Shown here piece after piece: positions 53,223 through 64,000 of a DNA stretch of 64,000 nt. Position 1 is the stretch's first letter. Each line of letters opens with the position of its first letter. The stretch is taken from contig NC_045697.1 of the NCBI RefSeq assembly GCF_009834535.1, positions 14,386,001-14,450,000 of the forward strand, written 5' to 3'. The notes beneath the pieces were generated by a model. The model worked only from the letters and a program-made list of their open reading frames with translations. It was not told the origin of the DNA and did no database searches. The position numbers and the translations under genes were made by a program. Source of the DNA: Camelus ferus. Lineage: Eukaryota.

Positions 53223-55879
53223 CAACTACTTTTAGCAGCTCTATCTGTAAAGCCTAAAATGTGCTTTAGTTATATGTTTATTACTTGCCTATTTCCACGG
53301 GATAGTAAATTCCCTGAGAGCAGGGAATTTCTGTATTTTTATTGCTTTATACTCAGAGTCTTAGTGTCTGGCACATAGTAGCTTCTCAACAAAAAGTGCA
53401 TTGAATAATAAATGTAAAATCTATCAAGTGGTTGATGTTCACTGATCTTTACATAAAGAACAGCTATCTCAACGTGACCACCAGTCATTTTGCACCTGCT
53501 GCATGCTAAGCAGGGTACTAGGCATCTTATATATGTTATCACTCATTCTTACAACAACTTTGTAAACTTGGTCCCTGTTTTATACTCAAAAACCTAAATA
53601 GCTCAGAGATTTTAAGTCACTTCTCCCATATCCCTCAGCAAGTAGCTAAGGATTTAAACTCCAGTATGTATCTCTTAATGCAAAAAAAGATGCTTGCACA
53701 CTTTCAGCAGTTAGAGAAGAACATAAATGCAGATTTCTAACTCATTAAGTCAATTGAAATGATCACCACTTACTAGTCACAATATCGTACATGTTGAGGT
53801 AAAAGTGATACTGACAGAGGACAACAGTATTGGTTCAGACTAAGTCATATTCAATTAAACGGTACAGTTGGAAAGATCCCTAATATTTTAACCCTAAATT
53901 CTCTATCAGTGCTACAGAAAAATCAAGGACAACAAATCAATATCCCTAAGATGGCTCTTCCTACTAATTTGACTTTTGGTAACTGATGCTTTGGGCTGAC
54001 CCACAAAGTGAAATACTGTCGTTGAAGACAGGCAGCTCTGTCTGCCTCTCAACATTTTTATTTATTAGAAACTGAGTCAGAAAAACCTGATGCTAAAATT
54101 TTATCACAGCAGGGGGTGGGGGCTAGGTCCTGCTGCAGAAAATTAATTTCATGCCAACTTGGTAGATGTTGTCTGATACCTTTCCATAAGTAACAATCTT
54201 GACCACATCAAAATGTTGTCTAAGAGAATTCTTTGAGTTGCATAAATTGAAGTCACATTTTGAATGCAAATTTGAAAGAATAACATATAAATAATAAAGT
54301 CTCACATTATGTGCAAATTTGAAACCAATGCAATACACAAATTTTTGTTACATTTGTCAAGAATTTCGTAGCTTCAAAGCTGGCGGACTGAATGAATGGT
54401 GAGCTATATATGGTCTTGCTTTAAGACAATATTCCTTACAGCCTGTAACAAAAACTCTGGCCATCTTTGTAAGCCTTACAGAAATATCCAATTAAGACCT
54501 TAAATTCTGGAGATCATCAAGAACATGTTCTTCAAGTAAAACATAATCCCTCTATAATTCACACTAACCAGGCTTCACCTCAAACACATTGGGACTAAAA
54601 GCTTAACCCTGAACATCCTAGAATCACTCATTTCAATTCCACAAATGTCTGTTGATGCTTTAGTCTCATTAAATGCTCCTTGCAGCCTTCTCTCCCAGGG
54701 ATCTTAGAGATTTATTGGAGAGAGGGTAACCTTTTGAGATGAAAGTGAAATAATTTAGAAAACAAAATCACTTTATTCTAGAGGCTGATTCTTGCCATCC
54801 TCTGTCATTCAGAACTCCTTCCTTACACAGTGTTGAATCCATTCAATTCTCTGGCTCTTCCACATCTCCATGAAATGAAATAGAGGGCTGTTTGGGAAAC
54901 CCCAAACTATAACAGTTCAGAAATCTGCTATGACTAAATATTATAAAGGGCACATAATAAATACTGTCTTGTATGAGCCTCATAAAATCATTTATCCAGG
55001 AAGAAACTGAACTCAGTCATGTTTTAGCTTGTCCAAGATCAGACGTCTAAAAACTAATGAAATGCCTGGTCGGTCTGAGCATTAAGGCCACACATACACT
55101 GTTTATGTTTCATTCATCTCTGTCCCCTCAGCATCATGCATGATGCCAACATTGGCTGTTCAATACGTATTTGTTGAATGAATCAATGTCATTTGAATTC
55201 CAAAGGAGGAATGGAAGGCTCCTTGTATATGAATAAATCATGACTTTTTCAAGGTTTCCAAAAAAACAAGTAGCATTTCATTGGGATAATTCTGAAAGGC
55301 CAGATCCTGGCAAACCTATCTGTCAATCGGAGACAAGGGCATTCAGAAAACTGAGCCTTGAAAGCATGCAGAGCCAGCCCATATTTGGTGGCCTTCAATG
55401 TTAGGCTGCTGGTTAATGGAACTGGGGCGGGGGAAGGGGTGGTGGTGGTAGGAAACCCAGCATTGTCAACAAACTTTAATAGTCTAAGACAACAAGGCTG
55501 TTAAAACACCTTTGGATCATAAAAAGGAACAGATCAGAATTATGAAACTGAGATAAGACATCCTTGCAGAGAAAAAGCAATATTGTGCTCTTAGGCTAAA
55601 ATTTCATAAGAAGCTTGTGAAAATGGCTTTGTGAGTAAGGAAAATTACGGATCCTATCTTATTCTCTGGATGAGCAAAACCACTGAATTCAATGTGACCT
55701 CAGGATCGCATGTGCATAGAACCGAGCAGGACAATCTGATAAATATCTGAGGTTCATGGAGGCTTCTGGGGACATTGAGCTGAACAAGTTTGAGCTTCAT
55801 GTTAATCATGATAGTAATAAATGCCTTTTTTTGAGCATTTACAAAGCATTATCCAATATGATTATCAAAAACAATCCTC

Positions 55880-56040
55880 ATAAAATAAGCTACAAGGATA
55901 TACGGTAGAACAGGGAACATAGCCAATATTTTATCATGACTATAAATGGAGCATAACCTTTAAAAATGGTGAACCACCATTTTGTGCACCTGAAACTTAT
56001 ATAATATCGTACATCAACTATACCTCAATCAAAAAAAAAA
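55880..56040 (+). mobile_element. Short L1 3' end inserted into a MIR
   Basis: acagggaacatagccaatattttat...cacctgaaacttatataat...atcaactatacctcaatc followed by poly-A. Confidence 0.82.
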
Positions 56041-56223
56041 GCTTGAAAAGTCAAACAAACAGTCCTGAAATATACATGTTTGGTATTACAGCCCACGTTT
56101 TGCAAATGAGAAGATTCAGAAAGCTAAGGAAACGTACAGCTCAATTGCTGTCTAGCTGAGACGCTATTCCAACATTTCTCACTCTGTAAAGTTACCCATT
56201 TCCTTTCTGTTCTTGCCACTTAA

Positions 56224-56369
56224 AATGGTTCTCAGGCCAGCAGCCTCATCTGTGAGCTTGTTAGGAATTCAGAATCTTTGGAACCACCCCTGAGCTACTG
56301 AATCACAATTTGCATTTTAATAAGATCTTCAGGTGATTTGTATGCACATTAAATTGTTGAAAGCACAGT
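56224..56369. mobile_element. MER5A1-type hAT-Charlie element
   Basis: gagcttgttaggaattcagaatct...ctactgaatcacaatttgcattttaataagatcttcaggtgatttgtatgcacattaaa. Confidence 0.8.
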
Positions 56370-59300
56370 ATACATCATGTCACATTAGTCATCTAGATGC
56401 CTCTGCTTTGAAAATCTTATCTCAATTCGGTATGAATGAGGGTTGGGGGGGCACTATCATTAATAAGCTGTCGATCTCTGAATCTTCTCAAAACGTAATC
56501 AGGTTTAAATATTGATGGCCCTAGTGATGGCAGTGTAACATAGGTTAGGACTATAGATGGTGAATCCTGTTTTGCCATTTACTGTGTGGCTTTGGGAACA
56601 CGCCCTAACTCTCGAGGCTTCCGTTTTTCATCTGGAAATGAGGATAAGAAGCATACCAACCTCATGAGGTTGTTGTGAAGGTCAAGTGAGCTGGCACATG
56701 GGGAGTATGCAGAGATGCTCACTATTTTAAGCATGATTAACAGCAGAGATTCACTCTAGCTGTCCACACTACCAAGGGAAAAACTTTCAAAGAGGTTCTC
56801 TTGGTTCTTCATTCAGTCAATCCTTTTAACTCTTCCACAGAGACTCATTTCATGTTAACTCTGACCTATAGAATTCTGCCCAGTGACACAAGGTCAATGG
56901 CGGGTTTCAATAAATGATCCTAGAAGGAACCCTTGACACATCTTCTAGACTTCTCCTCTGAGGGGTCATTCATTTTGTTCACACTGATTCTAAGATGCCC
57001 AAATCATTAGGTAATGGAGTGACACAAGTCCTCCCTTTTGGGGACCTGCAAGTCTGGCCCTGCTGGGGCTTGATAAACTTTCAAAAATTATTCTCATAAT
57101 CAGTGGAACAACTGAGAAAAACTTCAGATAAGTTCTCTTCTCACAGGGTCTGGAGATAAGGTGGGGAGCTGGGGAGTCTGTGCCAGGTTGCAGGAAGCCA
57201 CAGGAAAACCACTGAAATTGCCCTTCAGGAAAAGGAGCTGATCACAGCAGAGTCAGATGAAAATAAGGAACCATGAGGTCCTCAACTCAGCCCCGCAGCC
57301 CCACCCTGCTGGTGCACTGGGCTATTTTAAAGAAAGGAACTGAAAATAGATTAATTGGATGTGTCATCTTGGTATGCACAGAGGTAGCATGAACATCAAA
57401 CTTTTATTCTAATGAGACAATGAACATGTAAAATGCTTTATCAAAATTTGAGAGAAATGAGTTATTATTAGTTAATATTGTACCATAGTTTCTCATATGG
57501 GAAAAATTTCCTAGCTTCAATATGAGTGGTGTGCAAGTTAAAATTAAGTATCACAGACCACTAGGGTTAAGGTATATGAGGCCGATACCACGATGCTATT
57601 TGTGGATACAGAATCATTATTCTTTATGGAGCGAGCCAGTCCTTACAAGGCAGGTTAAGAGCAAGGATCTAAAAACACTGCGAACTGTTAAAGGCAGACA
57701 ATACACTTAACTATGCAAAACAAAGTCTAAGAGGTGTATTTTCATTCTTCTTCTTGCTTTTCCTACTTAACAGCAATCATATCTCTTTCTGTTCCTCTTC
57801 ATTTTGCACCATTCCTTGATTTGATACTGCTAACTCTCCACTGATTTCCACAGAGACCGGGGCCGTGGCAGGGATTTAGAGCTGGCCTTCCTCATCTGCC
57901 AGGGTCGTTCATTCCACCTCTTCCTACTCCTGTTGTAGGGCCCCGTGTTTCAGTCAAGGAAAGAAGTAACTTTTCTTCTTCCTTGTAGACTTTAAAGATA
58001 CAAATAAAAAATGATAGGCCACGGGTTTTACAAAAGATACAATTTTTATTTTCAAATGGAAAGTAGTTTTTTTGTTGTTGTTGAAGTAAATCTGTTTCAA
58101 TCTTTAAATGTTTCCATGTTTTGAAGGAGCTGAGGGTCATCTTCAAATTATTATAAATTAGTTGATGCCTAGTTTCACCCACATGATCTTTCACTGGTGG
58201 CTTCTTTTTTAAGCGAAATTTGAAATATCTGCCTCTATTTTTTGTTGTTGTTACCTTTTAAAAATTTATTTCTCTCTTTAATGCTTTGAGGGTTTTTTCC
58301 TTTAAATTTTGTCCTGTGGGTCTTTATTTTTTACCAATGATTGCTTTTACTTTATCATCTCATATTGTATTTTATTCTTTCTTTTTATTGTTCCATTAGG
58401 GTCTATTTCTTTGCCTAGTTTCGCATAATTTTTCAACATATTTCATTCTATGTTAAGTTTTGCCTCATGATTTGATTACTTTTTCAGTTTTTATAACTTG
58501 CAAACAACAATATTGATTATTTCTACCTTATATTTACTCTTCTAGTTAAGACCAGGCTTTTAGCCGCTTAAATTACTCCCATTATTTCGTTTTGGCTTGT
58601 TTCTAGCTTTAACTCAATTTTCATCACCTTAAAAGACGTTAAGCTAATTTTGTCTTGCAGAGTGTAGTATTCACTTTTAACTCTTCATTTACAATAGTAG
58701 GCAGAGAAAGCATCTGGCCACAGAATCTGTGATCTAAACAGTGGAGCTTATAATGGGGCAACATTCCCTCCCTCTTTGGTTTGTTTTCCTTTCAGAATAT
58801 AAACTCCACGATAGCCCTGGCCCATGCCTGTTTTGTGTTGTTGTTTCTCCCTTGTCTGGCTTATCAGAGGCGTGTAATGAAAACCTGTGAAGAGTAATAA
58901 TGATTCATAAGAATTACTAAGGATTGAATGAATCTATTGAGAACTCTCCACGTGTTAACTCTTAAGCTTCACAACCCTACAAGGAAGGCCTTACTATCAC
59001 CCTACTCCCTACATGAGGACATTGAGACCTGCAGAGCTACGAGGTGGCCTGCCCTGGTTACCCATTAGTTAGGAGTGCAGCCAAGACTTGCACTTGTAAT
59101 CTGTTGCCAGCTCAAGGCCCTTCAAAATCAGTTACCCAGTGTCTGGCCCATTATGTGCTAACTGGTCAGTAAGAGGCAGGTACAATGGGGAAGGGATCTC
59201 TTTAAACAGACTTTTATGCAATTCCTACCTAAAACACAGCTAAGGCATGTGGCCGCTCATAAATCAATGCAGGCTAGCTAAATAGAAAAAGGAAAGCCTG

Positions 59301-60494
59301 GAGCTTATCTGGCAAATTCATGACACACTGGCAATATTTTAATTGCCTGAGAAGATTGCTGGGAGCAGGTTCTCATCAACCCCTCCCCGCTCTGAGGCAG
59401 TCCCGGCAGTCACACTCGATTAGATGATCAGTTTTAAACCAAACACAGCAGGTGGTGCCTGGCTCTCCTTGATGAGAGGCTCTTAGTTTGCCAGAGATTT
59501 ATGGAAGCAGTCTTTTAAAGAATTGCATTTACCCAGTGAGCTAATTTTCTTCTCAGTTAGAATTCCATCATTCTTTAGCCCTGAGAGCAAAAAGTGAATG
59601 AAGAACTGAATCAACTATGTACAGAACTTTCTACATTTCTGTATGTGACATATTCCTCTTCTTTAGTAGCAGAACTCCCGGCTCCCATGAAGTCAAGCTG
59701 TTCTCCCAGACTTGAGAAAGTTTTCAAATATGCTTAATTTCATAGGATGTCACTGATTTAGTGGCTGATTTTCTAGAGTGTTCGTGGTTTAAAACTATAT
59801 ACGATTTGAAATCCTAGCCAAGTCTTAACAGCTGTCAAAGCCTTCATTTTGAAACTATTTGTCAATTATGCATTGATGACTCAGAAGTCACATGGAATTT
59901 TCTGAACGAAATACTTAAACAACATTGTGGTTTTCATATTATCTTTTTTAAGGTGAGTGTTTAAACATAGCAGACAAAAGGTTTATGATAGATTTCCAAA
60001 ATTAATACGAAACATCTCGCTAAGGCACAGCATTGAAACAACTCATCTATTTTTCTAGCACTCTTGATTAGAGAGTCCTTAACAAAAAGCTTGTTTAATT
60101 AAGACTTAACTGTTTTTCTTACATCTTGATTAGCAAATGTTCAAGTAATAATATAATCTTAAATACCAAATTTTAAAATGTATAAATTTTATGCAAGAAC
60201 TCTTCCTTCAAATTTAATTTCATTTCCGTCTAAACAAATCTATGAGGTTGTAATTCTACTCATGTTTATCCTCAGGCATTTGAGGAGTTAGCAATGAGAG
60301 AGACAGCAGGCAGAAGGTGATTTAGAAAGAAGGAAGAGGAGGAGGAGGAGAAGAAGGAGGACGAAGGAGTTGTTTTTGGAAGAAGGTGTTTAAGGAAGGC
60401 ATTTTCCAGCCCAGCTTAAGACATCAGGTGATGCTATTAGAATTTGAAAGTAAAAATATTTCCTTGGCTGACATGGCATTCTGCACATAGGAGG

Positions 60495-60874
60495 TGCATT
60501 TGTTTGTTAGGGCTGTTATAACAAAATACTATGGACTGGGTGGCTTAAAGAATAGAAATGTATTCTCTCACAATTCTAGAGGCTTGAAGTCCAAGATCAA
60601 AGTGTTAGAATGTTTGTTTTTTTTCTTGGAGTTTCTCCTTGGCTGCATGGCCTTTCCTCTGTGCCTGCAGATCCTTGGTGTCTCTTTCGCTTCTTACAAG
60701 GACCCGATCATATTGGATTAGGACCCCACCCTATAGCTTCACTTTTAACTTAATCACCCTTTAAAATACCTCATTTCCAAATACAAACACAGTCAGATTC
60801 TGAAGAAAGGTTGGGGAGTGTAGTTAAGGCTTCAGTCTATGAATTTTGCAGGGGACCTAGTTCAGCCTTCAACA
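60495..60874 (-). mobile_element. MLT1B-type MaLR LTR
   Basis: tagggctgttataacaaaatactatggactgggtggcttaaa...aagtccaagatcaa...cttcttacaaggac...cagtctatgaatttt. Confidence 0.85.
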
Positions 60875-61866
60875 GGACTTCAATAAATGTTTGCTGATGG
60901 CTGAGGGGAAAATGAGTATCAACTGGGAAATGAAAGTGATTATGAGGGCTGCTGTTGGACATTATCCACTGAGGTGGTGGCAAGTGGAACATGTCAATGT
61001 TCTGGTCATCTGAAGGTCCATGTCCCCCTTCCCAGTCACTGCTTTATCTCCTCTTGGGTAAATTATTACTATAATATTATAACTGATGACCCAGACTCAT
61101 CTATATCTCACACCTCCATGAGACCAGTCTTTCTAAAGTAGAACTCCAACATAACAGGACCATATTCATTCACTAATTCAGAAAATACATGCTTCAGAGT
61201 GCCTGCTGTGCCAGGGACTCCATCAGGAACAGGAGATGTAAGACAGAGCAGTCAAAACTGTCCATTGCTCCCCACTGCCTACCAGATAAAATCCAAATCC
61301 CCTAAAATGGCATTCAAGGTCACTCAGTATTTAGATCTTACCCACTTTTCAGTGTCCTGTCCTTAAATGTCCTTCTTACTGTATTCACATAGGGCCATTT
61401 TTTCATCTTCTAAATGTATTTTGCATACTCTCTCTAGGTTTCCATCTGCTCCCTCACCTGTAGGAAACCTACATGTCCCTTTATTCGAGCTCTAGACCTT
61501 TACCACTGAACACTGTCGTGAGGCTTTGTGGATCTAATAGGTTGAAGGAGAAGGATAATTTAAGTGCTTTTACATTGAATGCCTAGGAGGAATGAATGTC
61601 TCCATTTGTGACACTGGGGATGTTGAGCTCAGCTTTGGGAGCTCCATGGAAACATATTGATCTGATTTGTTTGTTGAATCTTCAGTGCCTAGAAGAGTTT
61701 CTGCCCCACAGAAATACTCATTAAGTTTAATGAGTATAGTTTGTAGACTTTGACAAGACACAATACGATGCTACCTTAGAAATCATGATCTAGTTAGAAC
61801 CCATTATTCCAATATAACAAAATACCAGCACCACGGAAGGGATGTTTACTTTGGAGATTCACTCTT

Positions 61867-62388
61867 GTTTTTTTGTTGTTGTTGAAGTGCAGTCAGTTAC
61901 AATGTGTCAGTTTCTGGTGTACAGCACAGTGTCCCAGTCATGCATATACATACATATATTCATTTTCATATTATTTTTCATTAAAGGTCATTTAAAGATA
62001 TTGAATCTAATTCCCTATGCTATACAGAAGAAATGTGTTTTTTTAAATCTATCTTTATATTTAGTGGCTAACATTTGCAAATCTCGAACTCCCAAATGTA
62101 TGCCTTCCCACCTGCTTTCCCCTGGTAACCGTAAGATTGTTTACTATGTCTGTGAGTCTGTTTCTTGTTTTGTAGATGAGTTCATTAGTGTCTTGTTTTT
62201 TTCTTTTTATTAGATTCCACATATGTGTGATATCATATAGTATTTTTCTTTCTCTTTCTGGCTAACTTCACTTAGAATGATGATCTTTAGGTCCATCCAT
62301 GTTGCTGCAAATGGCATTATTTTATTCTTTTTTATGGCTGAGTATTATTCCATGGTATAAATACACCACAGCTCCTTTATCTAGTCAT
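61867..62388 (-). mobile_element. Relatively young L1 3' end, sense to KCNIP4
   Basis: Reverse complement aligns by eye with 36043-36305. Flanked by gagattca at 61854-61861 and 62390-62397 (likely TSD core). Confidence 0.9.
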
Positions 62389-63405
62389 TGAGATTCATTA
62401 TAATGAAGGCTGGCTTGTAAATGCTAACATAGGTTAGACCTGAGGTGATATATTATGTCATTATGTAAATTAAAAGAATCCTTAATATAATTTGGGGGTC
62501 AATTAATATATTATATTTATATATTATATTGTAATATTGTAATATAATATATATATAATATATAGTCCAAGAATTTTGACTAAAATTTTGGAAGCCATAA
62601 GTCTGGCTCTTTTGATCTACCAGATTTGCAACTTTGGTTAAGTTACTAAACAGATCTCCTTAAATCTATATAAAATGTGGACAGATATACACATACTTCA
62701 TGTGATTATTGATTATGAAAAATCAAATGAAGTAGTAAATACTAAAACTCATTAAACACTAAAAACATCATTGGATATCTTATATACAGCCATGATGGCC
62801 ATGAGAACAGACATCGTTTTGCTGAGTAAACTCTGTTATTGACAAATTCAAGTAGGGAAGACATTATTTATTTAAAAACACAGTCATTAAGAATTTAAGA
62901 GAGATTATTAGTTTGATAATTAAGAAATATGACTATTTACTTTGGCTTTTCTCTTTGTGCCTTTGTTAGAATGTAAGGAATTCAAAACAATCAAATTGCC
63001 TTGAACAAGTGACTGTTATCAAGTTCTCAACATTTTTAAGCTAGTTCCTCACATATATTTACTCACAACAACTTGTTCTGATAAAAGAGGTTCCTAACCT
63101 AGAATATTGGACATTTATGTAATAGCCCTGAGCACCAGCTGCAGGGAACTAATCTAATTAACTGAATTAGATATAATTGTTTCCTTATCTCTGTCGGGCG
63201 TCCTGTTGTCATTTTTTCTGAAAGTCTGACAGTTGGAATGCTATCTATTGTCCTTACAACCTTCCCAGCCTGCTCATTGTGCTTAAAATCGATTCAAGTT
63301 TGCTTCCTCCCCTGGTTGGGAGTTGCCTTCTACGACTTATTCGCTGTAAAGCTGGTGAGAATTCCCCTCGAATGGCTGGATTACGATTCATATTGAGCCA
63401 CTTAC

Positions 63406-63553
63406 GTGCTGCCATTTTCAACAGAGAACAGATCGGGGTAATTCTGCAATTGTGACGAGGTCCTAGGGGCGTCTCCTCAGTGAGGTTCTTCCCGACGCCC
63501 CTCTTCCCTGTGCAGAACTGACGGCTGCTGCTTGTGGGTCTCTCAGAAAACAT
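63406..63553 (-). CDS. KCNIP4: Candidate alternative first coding exon of KCNIP4 (minimal MAA from ATG at 63415; longer form from ATG at 63553)
   Basis: AAAATGGCAGCAC|gtaagt: strong Kozak context, consensus intronic donor, phase 1 like exons 2 and 3, CpG-enriched surroundings. No transcript evidence available. Confidence 0.4.
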
Positions 63554-63577
63554 GTGCGGGGCGCGGAGGGCTGCGCT

Positions 63578-63750
63578 GCTTGGGCAGGTTACTCGAACTG
63601 CTAAGGCTCAGTGTCCTCATAGTAGAGATAACAGCACCTCACAGGCAGAGATGTTAAAAGTGCTTGCCTCATTCAGTTCTTTGAGAGCTTGAATGATATC
63701 ATTAATACAAAGTGTTTAGTACAGTGCCTGCTATTTAGCAAATAGCTCAC
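63578..63750 (+). mobile_element. MIR fragment
   Basis: cttgggcaggttactc...ctcagtgtcctcat...ataacagcacctcacagg...aaagtgtttagtacagtgcctg. Confidence 0.65.
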
Positions 63751-63828
63751 AAATATTCTTTATTTAAAGTTTTGTATGCCTTTATTATTTCACTTTATAT
63801 TTAAGTTAAGCTTGGAGATGTTGTCTTC

Positions 63829-63968
63829 TTTTTATTTTTTTGTGGGGGAAGGTAATTAGGTTTTATTTATTTGTTTGTTTGTTTGTTTGTTAATGGAAGT
63901 ACTGGGGATTGAACCCGGGACCTTGTGCGTGCCAGGCTTACACTCTACCACTGAGCTATATCCTTCCC
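63829..63968 (-). mobile_element. Full-length Vic-1-type tRNA-derived SINE
   Basis: Minus strand GGGAAGGATATAGCTCAGTGGTAGAG...GGGTTCAATCCCCAGTACTTCCATT...CCTAATTACCTTCCCCC, with A and B boxes intact. Confidence 0.88.
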
Positions 63969-64000
63969 AACCAGTGGTTACCTTTGGATTGTGGGACTTT

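Larger units (their letters stand above)
1..64000 (-). other. KCNIP4: Internal portion of the KCNIP4 gene (3' part of intron 1, exon 2, intron 2, exon 3, 5' part of intron 3)
   Basis: Two minus-strand exons with correct splice phases join to give ...[15 protein letters not shown]..., the recognisable KChIP4 N-terminal sequence. I found no exon 4 (ECPSGVVNEETF...) and none of the first exons I recall in the window. Confidence 0.95.

Noticed and set aside
57980..58680. Old minus-strand L1 ORF2 fragment
   Set aside because: T-rich composition is suggestive, but I could not anchor diagnostic motifs.
63252..63262. Second donor-like site TT|GTAAGG at the end of ORF 63254-63553
   Set aside because: Phase 2 in the ORF frame, so out of frame with exons 2 and 3, and weaker than the donor at 63405. 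Non-coding use is not excluded.
63895..63968. tRNA gene
   Set aside because: The tRNA-like head has A/B boxes but continues into the SINE body and A-rich tail shared with the 37042 copy, so it is a SINE.
1..64000. CRISPR arrays, operons, rRNA or other prokaryote-type systems
   Set aside because: The sequence is mammalian intron/repeat DNA, with no regular repeat-spacer array or gene-dense coding block.

Overview
Mammalian genomic DNA, probably camelid (two Vic-1-type tRNA-derived SINEs; family assigned from memory of the consensus). The window appears to lie inside KCNIP4 (KChIP4, Kv4 channel-interacting EF-hand protein), transcribed on the minus strand. Two coding exons are clear. The 102-nt cassette exon 2 (39164-39265; [34 protein letters not shown]) ends at a non-canonical GC donor. 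The 125-nt exon 3 (16801-16925) encodes [41 protein letters not shown]. The rest is intron, densely filled with L1, L2, MIR, CR1, MaLR/ERVL/ERV1 LTRs and Tigger/hAT relics, often nested. Most supplied ORFs are chance or repeat-derived. The best lead is a candidate alternative first exon at about 63406-63600: CpG-enriched, with a strong-Kozak ATG and a phase-1 GTAAGT donor in frame with exons 2 and 3. Other leads are the splicing and regulatory architecture around exon 2 (GC donor, RBFOX motifs, CpG/G4 patch, AP-1 and CRE sites) and lineage-specific inverted repeats bracketing it. I see no evidence of a wholly new multi-gene system. Repeat family names and boundaries are by-eye and need RepeatMasker/Dfam confirmation.
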